DNA of 64,000 nucleotides from Candidatus Parcubacteria bacterium (GTDB lineage Bacteria; Patescibacteriota; Patescibacteriia; CAIXNZ01), in assembly GCA_026395685.1 (NCBI GenBank), contig JAPLYG010000008.1, positions 15,225-79,224 on the forward strand, given 5' to 3'. The notes below the pieces were generated by a model that did not search any database, had not been told where the DNA came from, and saw nothing but the letters and a program-made list of their open reading frames with translations. The position numbers were made by a program, and so were the translations under genes. Shown piece by piece: positions 37,747 through 48,135 of this stretch (the stretch's first letter is position 1; every line of letters starts with the position of its first letter).

Positions 37747-38847
37747 ATGAAAGTAGCATTATTACATGATTACCTTAACCAAGCCGGCGGCGCAGAGCGG
37801 GTACTTTTAGCTTTGTCCAAACTTTATCCCGATGCACCGATATATACCCTGGTTCATAATCCCAAACAATTACATGGCTTTGAAGATAAAATTATCCATA
37901 CTTCTTTTTTACAGAAAATGCCCTGGGCCGGATCAAAAATCCGCTGGTATTTACCCCTCATGCCAACCGCAATTGAACAATTGAATTTAAGCGGATATGA
38001 TATAGTAATTTCCTCTTCCTCCGCCTTAATAAAAGGCGCAATTACCCCTCCGCAAACTATGCATATTTGCTATTGCCATACTCCGACTCGCTATTTATGG
38101 AGCGAAGCCCATTCTTATGCCAAAGAAATAAAAGAGGGAAAAATTGTCAAGTATTTCTTGCCTTTATTATTGAATTCATTGCGCAGCTGGGATCAGATAG
38201 CGTCGCAAAGAGTTGATCATTTTATTGCTAATTCCAAATTTGTCAGCCAGCGCATAAGAAATTATTATCACCGCGAGAGCGAAGTGATTTATCCGCCGGT
38301 TGATACTGAAAATTTTTATATCTCTCCAGAAATAGACAATTACTACCTGGTAATTTCCCGCTTAAAACCCTATAAAAAAGTTGACCTGGTCATTAAGGCT
38401 TTTAATAAACTCAACATGCCGCTGAAAATTATCGGCACTGGCGAGGAAGAAGCTCGGCTTAAAAAAATGGCCAAATCAAATATTGAGTTTCTGGGTCCGG
38501 TAAGCGAAGATAAAAAACGCGAATACCTCTCCAAATGCCTGGCCTTTATCAATCCCCAGGAAGAAGATTGGGGCATTACACCTGTTGAAGCCATGGCCTC
38601 CGGCCGTCCGGTTATTGCTTATGCGGCGGGCGGGGTTTTAGAGACTGTTATTGACGGCCAGACAGGAAAATTATTCACCGAACAAAGCTGGGAAGCCTTA
38701 ATTGATACGATTTTGAAATTCAAACCTCAGCAATATGATCCCCATTTTATTAAAAATCATGCTGATCAGTTTAATACTCGGCATTTTTACCAGAACATCA
38801 AAAACTTCGTAGATAACAAATGGGATGACTTTAAAAAAAGTGAATAG
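37747..38847 (+). CDS. glycosyltransferase family 4
   Basis: EDWGITPVEAMASGRPVIA GT4 C-terminal motif. Confidence 0.8.
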   Translation: MKVALLHDYLNQAGGAERVLLALSKLYPDAPIYTLVHNPKQLHGFEDKIIHTSFLQKMPWAGSKIRWYLPLMPTAIEQLNLSGYDIVISSSSALIKGAITPPQTMHICYCHTPTRYLWSEAHSYAKEIKEGKIVKYFLPLLLNSLRSWDQIASQRVDHFIANSKFVSQRIRNYYHRESEVIYPPVDTENFYISPEIDNYYLVISRLKPYKKVDLVIKAFNKLNMPLKIIGTGEEEARLKKMAKSNIEFLGPVSEDKKREYLSKCLAFINPQEEDWGITPVEAMASGRPVIAYAAGGVLETVIDGQTGKLFTEQSWEALIDTILKFKPQQYDPHFIKNHADQFNTRHFYQNIKNFVDNKWDDFKKSE

Positions 38848-38953
38848 TGAATAGGTAAAGAAGCTGGTAAATATATAGTTTAAGGCTAAAGTGTTAACCC
38901 AAGCACATTACCTCCGACACCTATTAGCATCTTAACCTTAACCTAACCCCCTT

Positions 38954-40096
38954 ATGCAAATAGCCATCGATATCCGTTGCCTAATGTCGCCAACTTACAG
39001 CGGAGTTGCCCAATATACCCATAATCTCCTCTGTAATCTCTTAAAAATTGATCGCCATAATCAATACAAGCTTTTTTATAATTCCGGCCAGGATGTAAAA
39101 AAAAATTTACCGAACTTCGATCAGCCAAACGTGGAAATTTATGGCTTTAACTACCCAAACAAACTAATAAATAGTTCCTTTTTATTTTTGAATTACCCGA
39201 AAATTGAAAAACTATTGCATGGTTGCGACTTATTTTTTATTCCGAATCTAAATTTTTGTGCCCTAGAATCTGCCACCCGAAAAATTATTACCATCCATGA
39301 TTTATCTTACGAGCTTTATCCTCATTTTTTTTCCGACAAACAAAGACTTTGGCACCAGCTTATTAGGCCTAAAAAATTAATAAGCCAATGCTATAAAATC
39401 ATTGCTGATTCTGAAAATACGAAAAAAGATTTGCAAAGAATTTATCAGCTACCCGCTGAAAAAATCAATGTGATTTATCCGGGCTTAAATCATGATTTTT
39501 ATAAGCTAATTGAACCAAACCACCCAAAATTTAAAATAATAAAAGAAAAATACAATTTGCCCGAAAAATTCATTCTGTATCTTGGAACAATCGAGCCCCG
39601 CAAAAATATTATCGGCATTATTGAGGCTTTTAATTCTTACCAGGCAAAAAACAACAGAACTGATTTAAATTTAGTTATTGCCGGCGCCCAAGGATGGAAA
39701 AATAATAATGTTTATAAGGCAGCGCAAAATTCTCCCTATAACAGCCAAATTATTTTTACTGGCTATATTGCGGAAAGCGACAAGCCTTATTTATATAGCC
39801 TGGCTGAACTTTTTGTCTTCCCCTCTTTTTATGAAGGCTTTGGCTTCCCGGTTTTAGAAGCGCAAGCTTGCGGCGTTCCGGTCATTGCTGCTCTAAATTC
39901 TTCATTCCCTGAAATTCTGGCTGACTCAGCAGCCTTAATCAATCCTGACAGCATCTCCCAGCTGGCCGTAGAAATCGAAACTATTTTAAATGACAGTATT
40001 TATAAGCAGTCTATAATTAACAAAGGGATAGCTAATTGCCAGCGTTTCTCCTGGCAAAAATGCGCCCAAGAAACTTTAAATCTCTTTTCACTTTAA
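38954..40096 (+). CDS. glycosyltransferase family 4
   Basis: EGFGFPVLEAQACGVPVIA motif. Confidence 0.8.
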   Translation: MQIAIDIRCLMSPTYSGVAQYTHNLLCNLLKIDRHNQYKLFYNSGQDVKKNLPNFDQPNVEIYGFNYPNKLINSSFLFLNYPKIEKLLHGCDLFFIPNLNFCALESATRKIITIHDLSYELYPHFFSDKQRLWHQLIRPKKLISQCYKIIADSENTKKDLQRIYQLPAEKINVIYPGLNHDFYKLIEPNHPKFKIIKEKYNLPEKFILYLGTIEPRKNIIGIIEAFNSYQAKNNRTDLNLVIAGAQGWKNNNVYKAAQNSPYNSQIIFTGYIAESDKPYLYSLAELFVFPSFYEGFGFPVLEAQACGVPVIAALNSSFPEILADSAALINPDSISQLAVEIETILNDSIYKQSIINKGIANCQRFSWQKCAQETLNLFSL

Positions 40097-40106
40097 TTTT
40101 TTCAAT

Positions 40107-41243
40107 ATGTCAAAAATCGGTATTGATGCCAGAATGTACGGCAAAGCCCAGTCCGGTATAGGTAATTACATCAAACAGCTTTCCGCTGAGATTTTCCTAC
40201 TGGACAAAGAAAACGAATATTATCTTTTCCTTTTGGAACCGATTTTTTCCCAATATCAAGCGCCTCATGAAAAGATCCATAAAATAAGAGTGACTTCTTC
40301 CTGGTACAGCCTGGCTGAACAAACCAAGTTCCTGAGAGAGATAAATAAATACAAATTAGACTTAATGCATTTTCCCCATTTCAATGCCCCGATTTTTTAT
40401 AATCGGCCCAGACTGGCGACTATCCATGATATTATTCCTCATTTTTTCCCGGGCCATAAACAAAAAACCTGGTACCGTAAAAAGGCTTATGAGCTGGTTT
40501 TACGATCAAATCTCAAAAAATCCGCTAAAATTATCACTATTTCGCAGGCAACCAAGAATGATTTAATGAAATTCTATAATCTCCCGGCAGACAAGGTGCC
40601 TGTGGTTTATTTGGGGATAGAAGCACACTTTATTAAAAGCGAAAATTATGCTAAAATAGAAGAGCTTAAACAACGCTTAAAGATTACCAAGCCATACATC
40701 TTTTTTCTCAGTGCTTGGCGCAATCATAAAAACTTTGAAGGGCTGATTAAAGCCTTTGAAATTATAAAAAAAGAGGCTGCAATTGACTGCCAATTAGTAC
40801 TGGGCGGACAGGAAGATCCGTATTATCCCGATATAAGCCAAACTATAAAAAAATCACCCAATCAGGAAGATATTATCACCCCGGGATTTATCAGTGATGA
40901 AGATCTCCCCTTATACTATAACGCGGCTGAACTTGTCGCTATTCCCTCCTTTTATGAAGGGTTCGGACTAATCGGCCTGGAAGCCATGGCCTGCGGTACT
41001 CCGGTTGCTTCCTCTAACGCTACCAGTTTGCCGGAAATTTATGGGGATGCCGCCCTATACTTTGATCCGCATGATCCCAATGACATGGCTGAAAAAATCA
41101 AACAGCTTCTTATTGATAAAAATTTAAAGGAAGACTTAATCCGCAAAGGCACAGAACAACTTAAAAAATATTCCTGGCAGAAATGCGCGCAGCAAACCCT
41201 GGGAATATATCAACAGATACTCCAAGCAAACCGTGCGAAATAA
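40107..41243 (+). CDS. glycosyltransferase family 4
   Basis: EGFGLIGLEAMACGTPV motif. Confidence 0.8.
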   Translation: MSKIGIDARMYGKAQSGIGNYIKQLSAEIFLLDKENEYYLFLLEPIFSQYQAPHEKIHKIRVTSSWYSLAEQTKFLREINKYKLDLMHFPHFNAPIFYNRPRLATIHDIIPHFFPGHKQKTWYRKKAYELVLRSNLKKSAKIITISQATKNDLMKFYNLPADKVPVVYLGIEAHFIKSENYAKIEELKQRLKITKPYIFFLSAWRNHKNFEGLIKAFEIIKKEAAIDCQLVLGGQEDPYYPDISQTIKKSPNQEDIITPGFISDEDLPLYYNAAELVAIPSFYEGFGLIGLEAMACGTPVASSNATSLPEIYGDAALYFDPHDPNDMAEKIKQLLIDKNLKEDLIRKGTEQLKKYSWQKCAQQTLGIYQQILQANRAK

Positions 41244-43875
41244 AAAGTTAAATCTACCTTACAAACCCATGCCCAAAATTAAAAAAACAAAAATTAAAAC
41301 CGCCTTAAAGAAGGCACAGAAAAAGACCATGAAAGCCAGAAAGCCTTCAAGACTTAGAGTTGCCTCCAGGATTAAAAAGCCGGCACTTTCAAGAAAAATA
41401 AAAAGGACATTAAGAATGCAAACAAAGTCTGAAATAATAGCTAAGCCCAAATTCATCCCCAAACCGGGCTATCTTGTTCCGCTTAATCCTTTGCCTCAAA
41501 GACTGGCTGCTCCTCCCAAACCGAAATTGATGCATAATAAAAATGGACAGCCTTCCCGACACGTATTAAATTTGAAAAAACTCGCGCCGCAGGATATAAA
41601 AGATGAGGCCATAGATCAAGATAATTACGAACATTTAATCAATAAATTTGCAGGCAAAAAGAATTTTAAAGCAAATTTTATACGAAAAGTCAGCCAGATT
41701 CAACAAACCATTACTACTCCAAAAAATAAAAGTGCTCGAACTCCTTTGGAAAAAAAAATTTCCGGTCCAATTATTCTGCCGCCAAGAGAACTAGTAACTC
41801 CTGATCTTACTTTGAAGTCAAGCCAAGAGACCAGAACCTTTAATAAATACCTGCCATTACGCTGGCCCAAGGCGATTTTAGCTTTTGTTATTTTCTGTCT
41901 GGTGATTGTGGCGCCTTTTCATATTTATAATTATTACCAAACGCTGCAGGGGAAAAAATCCGATGTCTTAGAACAAGCCAGCCAGGCGCTTATGCATTTA
42001 GCCACTTCTCAGAAAGCAGCTTCCGCGAAAGATGCTTATTATACGGGGATGGAACTGCAACAAAGTGCTGCCAATTTTTATCAGGCAAAATCAGATCTCG
42101 ATGATATTAATGTGCTGATTAAAGGCTTGATCAAACTGAGCCCAGAACTGGATAAGGAATTAACTACCGCCAATAATCTGGCTGATGCCGGAGAAAAGCT
42201 AGCCTCCAGCGCCGCTCTGCTTGCCAGCGCAGTCGATGAAATAAAAATTAATAAATCAGTTGATAAATTAAATTTAACTGACAACTTGGCTGTTTTAAAG
42301 GATAAATTAAATTTAATTTTACCTGACCTTGAGGCGGCAAATGAAGATCTTAATAATGTCGCCCTGGAAAAATTGCCGGAAAATTATCGGGATAAAGTTA
42401 TTACGCTGCAGGAAGCATTGCCGCTGATAATAAGTAATATTGATAATTTTATTAATTCTTCAGATCTTTTATTGAAAACATTAGGCCAAAATACAAGCCA
42501 GCGCTATATGATCCTTTTCCAAAATAACAATGAGCTTCGTCCGACAGGAGGTTTTATCGGAAGCTATGCGATTGTTGAAATTGATAAAGGAAATATTGTA
42601 AAGATTGATGTGCCTGGTGGCGGACCTTATGACTTAAAGGGCCAATTAAAAGCGACAATTGAATCTCCGATTCCCCTTCATTTGGTAAATACCAGATGGG
42701 AATTTCAAGATGGCAATTGGTATCCGAATCTGCCCACTTCAGCTGAAAAACTCACTTATTTATATCAAAAAAGCAGCGGCCCGACAGTAGACGGCATAAT
42801 CTTTATCAATGCAACTTTAATGCAAAAAATATTAACTATTACCGGCTCGATTGATTTGCCAGAATATAATTTAACTTTGGATGCGGATAATTTTATCTAC
42901 CAAATTCAAAAAAATGTTGAGCTGGACTACAACAAGGAAGAGAATCGACCCAAGGAAATTATTAATGATTTAATCCCCCAATTATTTACTAAATTGACAA
43001 ATTCTGATTCGGAACAATTCTTTTCTCTGCTTGATTTATTTATTTCATCTTTAAATGAAAAAGAAATACAGTTTTATTTTACTGATCCGGAGATGCAACG
43101 ATTTATCAATAAAAATAACTGGGGCGGGCGGATCAAGGATACTACGGGTGATTATTTAAATATTATCAGCACCAATATCGCCGGCGAAAAAACAGATGCC
43201 AAAATTGAGCAAACCGCATTTTTGGATGTTAACGTACAGCCTGACGGTTCAATAATTAATAAGCTGACAATTACCAAAAAACATAACGGCACTGAAGGTG
43301 AATTATTTTATGGCGTGCCTAATCTTGATTTTATGAGAATTTATGTGCCAAACGGCAGCCAGCTTTTATCGGCCCAGGGATTTGAAACAATTCCCTCTGA
43401 ATTTTTTCTGGTAACAAATCACGCTGTCTATGAAAAAGATCCCGATATTTCACAACAAGAAGTAACTAAAAACATTGACGGCCAAAGCGGTACGGAAATT
43501 TACTCTGAAGAGAATAAAACTGTTTTCGCTAATTGGTTTAAGGTAAATCCCCAGGAATCAAAAACAGCCTCAATCGAATATCAGCTGCCAATCAAGCTGG
43601 ATTTAACCAATAATACTCCGAGCAACATTCTGGAAATTATTGCCAGACAGCTTAATTTTAATCGTGACGATGTCTTGTCAGAAAAAACTTATTCCCTACT
43701 TTGGCAAAAACAATCAGGCAAACGAAATTTTAATATCCACGTTAGTGTCCACTTTCCGCTAGAATTAAAAGCAAAATTCATTTATCCGAATTATATTCAA
43801 AAAGATCTGCAAACCTTTACCCTGACCGATGAATTAAATATTGATAAATTCATGGCTATAAATTACAATGAGTAA
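41233..43875 (+). CDS. DUF4012-like membrane protein (basic N-terminus, TM, large extracytoplasmic domain)
   Basis: FQNNNELRPTGGFIGSYA motif typical of DUF4012 proteins in polysaccharide loci; alternative start at 41269 (MPKIKK). Confidence 0.6.
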   Translation: MRNKKLNLPYKPMPKIKKTKIKTALKKAQKKTMKARKPSRLRVASRIKKPALSRKIKRTLRMQTKSEIIAKPKFIPKPGYLVPLNPLPQRLAAPPKPKLMHNKNGQPSRHVLNLKKLAPQDIKDEAIDQDNYEHLINKFAGKKNFKANFIRKVSQIQQTITTPKNKSARTPLEKKISGPIILPPRELVTPDLTLKSSQETRTFNKYLPLRWPKAILAFVIFCLVIVAPFHIYNYYQTLQGKKSDVLEQASQALMHLATSQKAASAKDAYYTGMELQQSAANFYQAKSDLDDINVLIKGLIKLSPELDKELTTANNLADAGEKLASSAALLASAVDEIKINKSVDKLNLTDNLAVLKDKLNLILPDLEAANEDLNNVALEKLPENYRDKVITLQEALPLIISNIDNFINSSDLLLKTLGQNTSQRYMILFQNNNELRPTGGFIGSYAIVEIDKGNIVKIDVPGGGPYDLKGQLKATIESPIPLHLVNTRWEFQDGNWYPNLPTSAEKLTYLYQKSSGPTVDGIIFINATLMQKILTITGSIDLPEYNLTLDADNFIYQIQKNVELDYNKEENRPKEIINDLIPQLFTKLTNSDSEQFFSLLDLFISSLNEKEIQFYFTDPEMQRFINKNNWGGRIKDTTGDYLNIISTNIAGEKTDAKIEQTAFLDVNVQPDGSIINKLTITKKHNGTEGELFYGVPNLDFMRIYVPNGSQLLSAQGFETIPSEFFLVTNHAVYEKDPDISQQEVTKNIDGQSGTEIYSEENKTVFANWFKVNPQESKTASIEYQLPIKLDLTNNTPSNILEIIARQLNFNRDDVLSEKTYSLLWQKQSGKRNFNIHVSVHFPLELKAKFIYPNYIQKDLQTFTLTDELNIDKFMAINYNE

Positions 43876-45823
43876 TTTGACTGAACAAAATGAAATAAAT
43901 TCAACAGAGCAAGAAGCCAAGCAAACATCGAAGGAAAAAAATAAAGAAATTGATAAGGAGTTAAAAAATATTTACCGTGACAGCCACGGCAAAATGCCAA
44001 ATTTAACTCAGCTTGATTATTTGCTCCCAAACAGCAAACGCAATATCTTTATTGGTTCTGTTTTTGTTTTAGCTGTTTTTTGTCTTATTACTTTTTTTGG
44101 GTTTCTTGTTTTTAAAAATAATCCGAAATTTAGCAATAAAAAAGTAACGATGGAAATTAAAGCGCCCTTTACCTTAAATTCCGGAGAACTTATAAACTAC
44201 CACATTAAAATCACTAATAATGAAGGAATCAGCCTGACCAAAACACGACTTGATATTAATTTTCCGCTTAATTTTAGTTTTATTAATGCTAATTTGCCGA
44301 CCAGCGATACACCCGCAACCGGAAATAATATAAAAACTTGGAACATTGGGGATTTAATGCCTGAGCAGAGCGAAATAATCGATATTAACGGTTATCTTAT
44401 CGCCCCGCTTAATTCTAAGCAAGTTTTGGCGACGACCTTAAGCTACACCCCGACGAATTTCAGCTCAGAATTTCAAAAAAATGAAAATTTCACCACTGAA
44501 ATAATTAATAGCTTAATTAATATAGAGTCAGAATATCCGGCTCAGCTCGCAAATAAGGAGGTAACAGATCTCAAAATTAAAATTCGCAACAAGTCAGAAC
44601 AAACCGCGTTAACTAACCTCCAGGCAGAATTTGAATTTCCTCAGGAATTTTCTCTTTTAACCGGCCAAATTATGGCTAAAGGCCAAACCGCCAAGGATAT
44701 TATTATTCCCAAAAATAAAGAGCCAGAAACTTCTCCTTACATCTTAGAACTGGGCGGACTGCTGCCGCAGGAAGAAAAAATAATCATCTATCATGGTAAA
44801 TTTGAAGTTTCAGAAAGTAAAAAGCTAGACTTTAATCTGAGAGTAAAGCAAAAAGGATCAGCTGGTGAATATATACTGCAAAAAGAAGCACAATTTAGCA
44901 TGGAAATTATTAAAGGCGATTTATTAGCCAATCTTATAATCCAGGGATCAAATCAAAATAAGCCGGTAAATTTTGGCGATACTTTGAGTTTCTTAATCTC
45001 CCTACGGAATAAAAGCACTAAAGCGTTAGGAGATATAAAAGTGAGCGCCATCATAGAATCAAGCCAATTGGACAGGAATAGTTTTTCTGACCAGAATAAT
45101 GGCCGGCTTGATGGCAGCCAAATTCTTTGGACCAAAGAGCAGATTCCCGAATTAGCCTTGCTTTTGCCGGAAGAAGAAATAGAAATTAATTTTCAAATTA
45201 AAATTAAAGATTTTGAAAGCGCTAAGACGTATTCAGTAGAGGACCTGCAAATTAAAAGCTTCTTTGAGACTCAGGTTAATAAAATAAATAATGAGGAGAC
45301 AGAAGTTGAACTTGAAAGTAATATTATTATTAATGAAATAAATACTAACCTGGCACTTGAATCACAGGGACGTTATTTCGGCAATAACAGTGAAACCATT
45401 GGTTCTGGACCGCTGCCTCCGATTGTTGGCCAAAAAACAACTTACAAAATTTTCTGGAAGTTAACGAACTCACTTCACGAAATCAGCAATATTGAAGTTA
45501 AGACAAAACTTCCAGATTATATTATCTATGAAGGAAACAATAATTTGAGCGCCGGGACATTAATTAAAAACGGAAGCAATGAACTCGTCTGGCAAATTTC
45601 ACGTGTTCCTGTTTCGGTTAATGAAGTAACCGCTGAATTTGAAATATCATTAACCCCTAAATCCAACGATGTCCAAAAAGTACTTACACTAATGCAGGAT
45701 ATTTATCTTAAAGCTACGGACAACCAAACTAAAGGTGAACTTTTACTTAATGCCCCCGGGATTACCACTAATCTTGACACAGACCCCTTGGGCAAGGGCA
45801 AAGGCTTGATTCTGGCAGAATAA
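43868..45823 (+). CDS. membrane-anchored hypothetical protein with repeated beta-rich domains (DUF11/CARDB-like?)
   Basis: 651-aa ORF, N-terminal TM, 8-nt overlap with upstream gene; domain assignment uncertain. Confidence 0.55.
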   Translation: MSNLTEQNEINSTEQEAKQTSKEKNKEIDKELKNIYRDSHGKMPNLTQLDYLLPNSKRNIFIGSVFVLAVFCLITFFGFLVFKNNPKFSNKKVTMEIKAPFTLNSGELINYHIKITNNEGISLTKTRLDINFPLNFSFINANLPTSDTPATGNNIKTWNIGDLMPEQSEIIDINGYLIAPLNSKQVLATTLSYTPTNFSSEFQKNENFTTEIINSLINIESEYPAQLANKEVTDLKIKIRNKSEQTALTNLQAEFEFPQEFSLLTGQIMAKGQTAKDIIIPKNKEPETSPYILELGGLLPQEEKIIIYHGKFEVSESKKLDFNLRVKQKGSAGEYILQKEAQFSMEIIKGDLLANLIIQGSNQNKPVNFGDTLSFLISLRNKSTKALGDIKVSAIIESSQLDRNSFSDQNNGRLDGSQILWTKEQIPELALLLPEEEIEINFQIKIKDFESAKTYSVEDLQIKSFFETQVNKINNEETEVELESNIIINEINTNLALESQGRYFGNNSETIGSGPLPPIVGQKTTYKIFWKLTNSLHEISNIEVKTKLPDYIIYEGNNNLSAGTLIKNGSNELVWQISRVPVSVNEVTAEFEISLTPKSNDVQKVLTLMQDIYLKATDNQTKGELLLNAPGITTNLDTDPLGKGKGLILAE

Positions 45824-45837
45824 AGAACAATTATAAA

Positions 45838-45869
45838 ACCCCGCGCCGTTTCTGGTGCGGGGTTTTTTT
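45838..45869. terminator. bidirectional rho-independent terminator between convergent genes
   Basis: CCCCGCGCC..GGTGCGGGG flanked by A and T runs. Confidence 0.65.
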
Positions 45870-46779
45870 ATCTGGATTTTTTTAGCAATTTATATAATTT
45901 ATATTTTAATTCATTTATCGGCAATTCCCAAGCCCCCTGATAGTGCACTTCAAAGCCTCCAAATCCCAGTTTAAACCTGGTAACCCCCGGCCACTTTACT
46001 GGATCTATGCCCCAAAAATCATAATATTTATAACCCAGTTTCTTGGCGTTAACAATTTGTTCCCACTGCAATAGATGCGGAGCCATAATACTTTTGTCAT
46101 TAAAAGAAGATCCCCCGTGCAAATAAGTGGCTGTATCCCCATAAAAAATCATCATATTGGCGCATAAAATTTTATTCTGATATTCCGCAAAAAAAATCTT
46201 GGCCATATCTTGCTGATATAATTCATGGTAATATTCCCTGCTATGTAGACGTTTGCTTTTACGGCGATAAGTATCTAAAAGCAAATCATAAAAGGCGGTA
46301 AACTGTTCTTGCTGACACGTAACCATATGCACTCCTTTTTTTGCGGCTAAACGAATATTATAACGGGTCTTCTGATGCATCTCCGCTAATAATTCCTCTT
46401 CGCTTTTATTTAAATCAAGCATTAAAGTTTTTTCCGGCTGGACAGCTTTAACTTTTTCAAATCCCAAAACAGCCAAATCCTGTTTAATTGGCTCAGTCCT
46501 GATAAATAAGCTTTTTTCATTGCGGGCCAATTCTTTGATTACCTCAAGCTTGGGATTATCCAATTCCCAAAATATACGGGGAATGTATAAATAATTGTGA
46601 CCAAAAGGCAGAGACATTTTAATAACCAAAACATAAACACCTTCTAAATCAAGCCTCCAGATTTTGCGGTTTAACTTTTGCTGGAATCCCCCCCAATCCC
46701 AGGACTGCAAAAACTGAGCCTGCGATTGCTGGCTCATTTTTTGTTCCCATTGTTCTTTGTTAATAATTTCTTTAAGCAT
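45868..46779 (-). CDS. FemAB-family peptidoglycan interpeptide bridge aminoacyltransferase
   Basis: TYLHGGSS, FKLGFGG motifs of FemAB/FemX GNAT-fold family. Confidence 0.7.
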   Translation of the reverse strand: MLKEIINKEQWEQKMSQQSQAQFLQSWDWGGFQQKLNRKIWRLDLEGVYVLVIKMSLPFGHNYLYIPRIFWELDNPKLEVIKELARNEKSLFIRTEPIKQDLAVLGFEKVKAVQPEKTLMLDLNKSEEELLAEMHQKTRYNIRLAAKKGVHMVTCQQEQFTAFYDLLLDTYRRKSKRLHSREYYHELYQQDMAKIFFAEYQNKILCANMMIFYGDTATYLHGGSSFNDKSIMAPHLLQWEQIVNAKKLGYKYYDFWGIDPVKWPGVTRFKLGFGGFEVHYQGAWELPINELKYKLYKLLKKSR

Positions 46780-46782
46780 ATT

Positions 46783-47481
46783 TTAAAATGGCGGCGCTTC
46801 TAATTTTAAAAAGTTGGTGGAGCAAGTAGCCTTATCTTCATAATAATCGCATTTCTTAATAATTTTACTGGTGCCGGTTTTACGATCAAGTACATAAACG
46901 GTATTAAACCCGCCAGGTCCGTCACCGCCGCCGCATGAATATACTAAATTTCTTTCAATAAAGCCGTCTATGTGGCAAACTCCGATATCGCCCATTCCTA
47001 AATCATATTGTTTATCAAATAGCCATTTATTTTCGCCGGTTGCAGAATCTTGGGTAAAAAAGCCAACAATATTATTTTCCTTACCAAAATCTCCATACAT
47101 AATAAAAGCTTTATCGCCGCGATCAGAAATGCAAACCTGCTGCAGGCCTCCTTGGCCAAGATAATTCTGATAATCTGCTGATACCTTACTTAAATCCAAA
47201 TCAGGGAAAACTTCTTTTAATTCCAGCTGCTTAGGCCAATAACAGTAAGAAGTAACTCCGGCACCTTTGTCAGGCAAAGTATTTAAAATCTCCTCCCGTG
47301 ACTTTAGGTTCTCTTCTATTGTTTGTTTTTCAGTTTGAACTTTAGCTAATTGACTCTGTAAATCATTAAGCTGCTGAATCAAATCGTTTTGTCTTTCATT
47401 CTTAGGAGCAGCAGCAAAAGAGCAACCGCTTAAAAAAATTAAAATCCCCAGGCCAAAAATTATTACTAAAGATTTTTTCAT
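46783..47481 (-). CDS. lipoprotein, hypothetical
   Basis: Signal peptide with lipobox LSGC; coiled-coil then Cys/Gly-rich domain. Confidence 0.55.
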   Translation of the reverse strand: MKKSLVIIFGLGILIFLSGCSFAAAPKNERQNDLIQQLNDLQSQLAKVQTEKQTIEENLKSREEILNTLPDKGAGVTSYCYWPKQLELKEVFPDLDLSKVSADYQNYLGQGGLQQVCISDRGDKAFIMYGDFGKENNIVGFFTQDSATGENKWLFDKQYDLGMGDIGVCHIDGFIERNLVYSCGGGDGPGGFNTVYVLDRKTGTSKIIKKCDYYEDKATCSTNFLKLEAPPF

Positions 47482-47487
47482 AAATTT

Positions 47488-48060
47488 TTATTTACTTAAT
47501 AATTTTAAACATAATTTTAATTTTTCATCCATACCCAATTCCTTATCCACTTGCCTTAAGGCGCCCCGCGCCTGATCAGCAGAATACCCCAATCCGATTA
47601 AACCGTCAATTACATCCGCGTCGCTATTGTTCTTGCCGTTTAAGGAAGCGGGCGCTACTTTGCCTTTGTACTTGCTTTTTAACTCCAGGACAATCCTTTC
47701 CGCAGTTTTGGCTCCAATACCTGAAACTTTAGTCAAAACCGACACATCGTCATTAATAACTGCGGTTTCAATTTCCTCAATTGTCGCAGCTGATAAAACC
47801 CCCAAAGCTGTCTTTGGCCCAATACCCGAAACCCCGATCAATTTCTCAAATAATTCCATTTGCTCACGATTATCAAACCCGAATAAATCCAAAGCATCCT
47901 CGCGCACATGCTGGTGGGTAAAAATTTCCACTTCCTTGCCGACCTTAACTGAATTTAAAAAATCTTCGGTCACAAAAACTTTGTAGCCAATATTGTTTAT
48001 CGCCAGTTCAATGAAATTTTGACCAATGTATTGAATCGTACCCTTAAGATAACTAATCAT
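47488..48060 (-). CDS. ruvA: Holliday junction branch-migration complex subunit RuvA
   Basis: MISYLKGTI start, HVREDALDLFGF, GIGPKTAL HhH motifs. Confidence 0.85.
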   Translation of the reverse strand: MISYLKGTIQYIGQNFIELAINNIGYKVFVTEDFLNSVKVGKEVEIFTHQHVREDALDLFGFDNREQMELFEKLIGVSGIGPKTALGVLSAATIEEIETAVINDDVSVLTKVSGIGAKTAERIVLELKSKYKGKVAPASLNGKNNSDADVIDGLIGLGYSADQARGALRQVDKELGMDEKLKLCLKLLSK

Positions 48061-48135
48061 ATATTTTATTTATTCGGACAAAAACGCCCAGCAACCTTAT
48101 ATAACTTAATAAAACTTCATAAAACCTAATACAAA

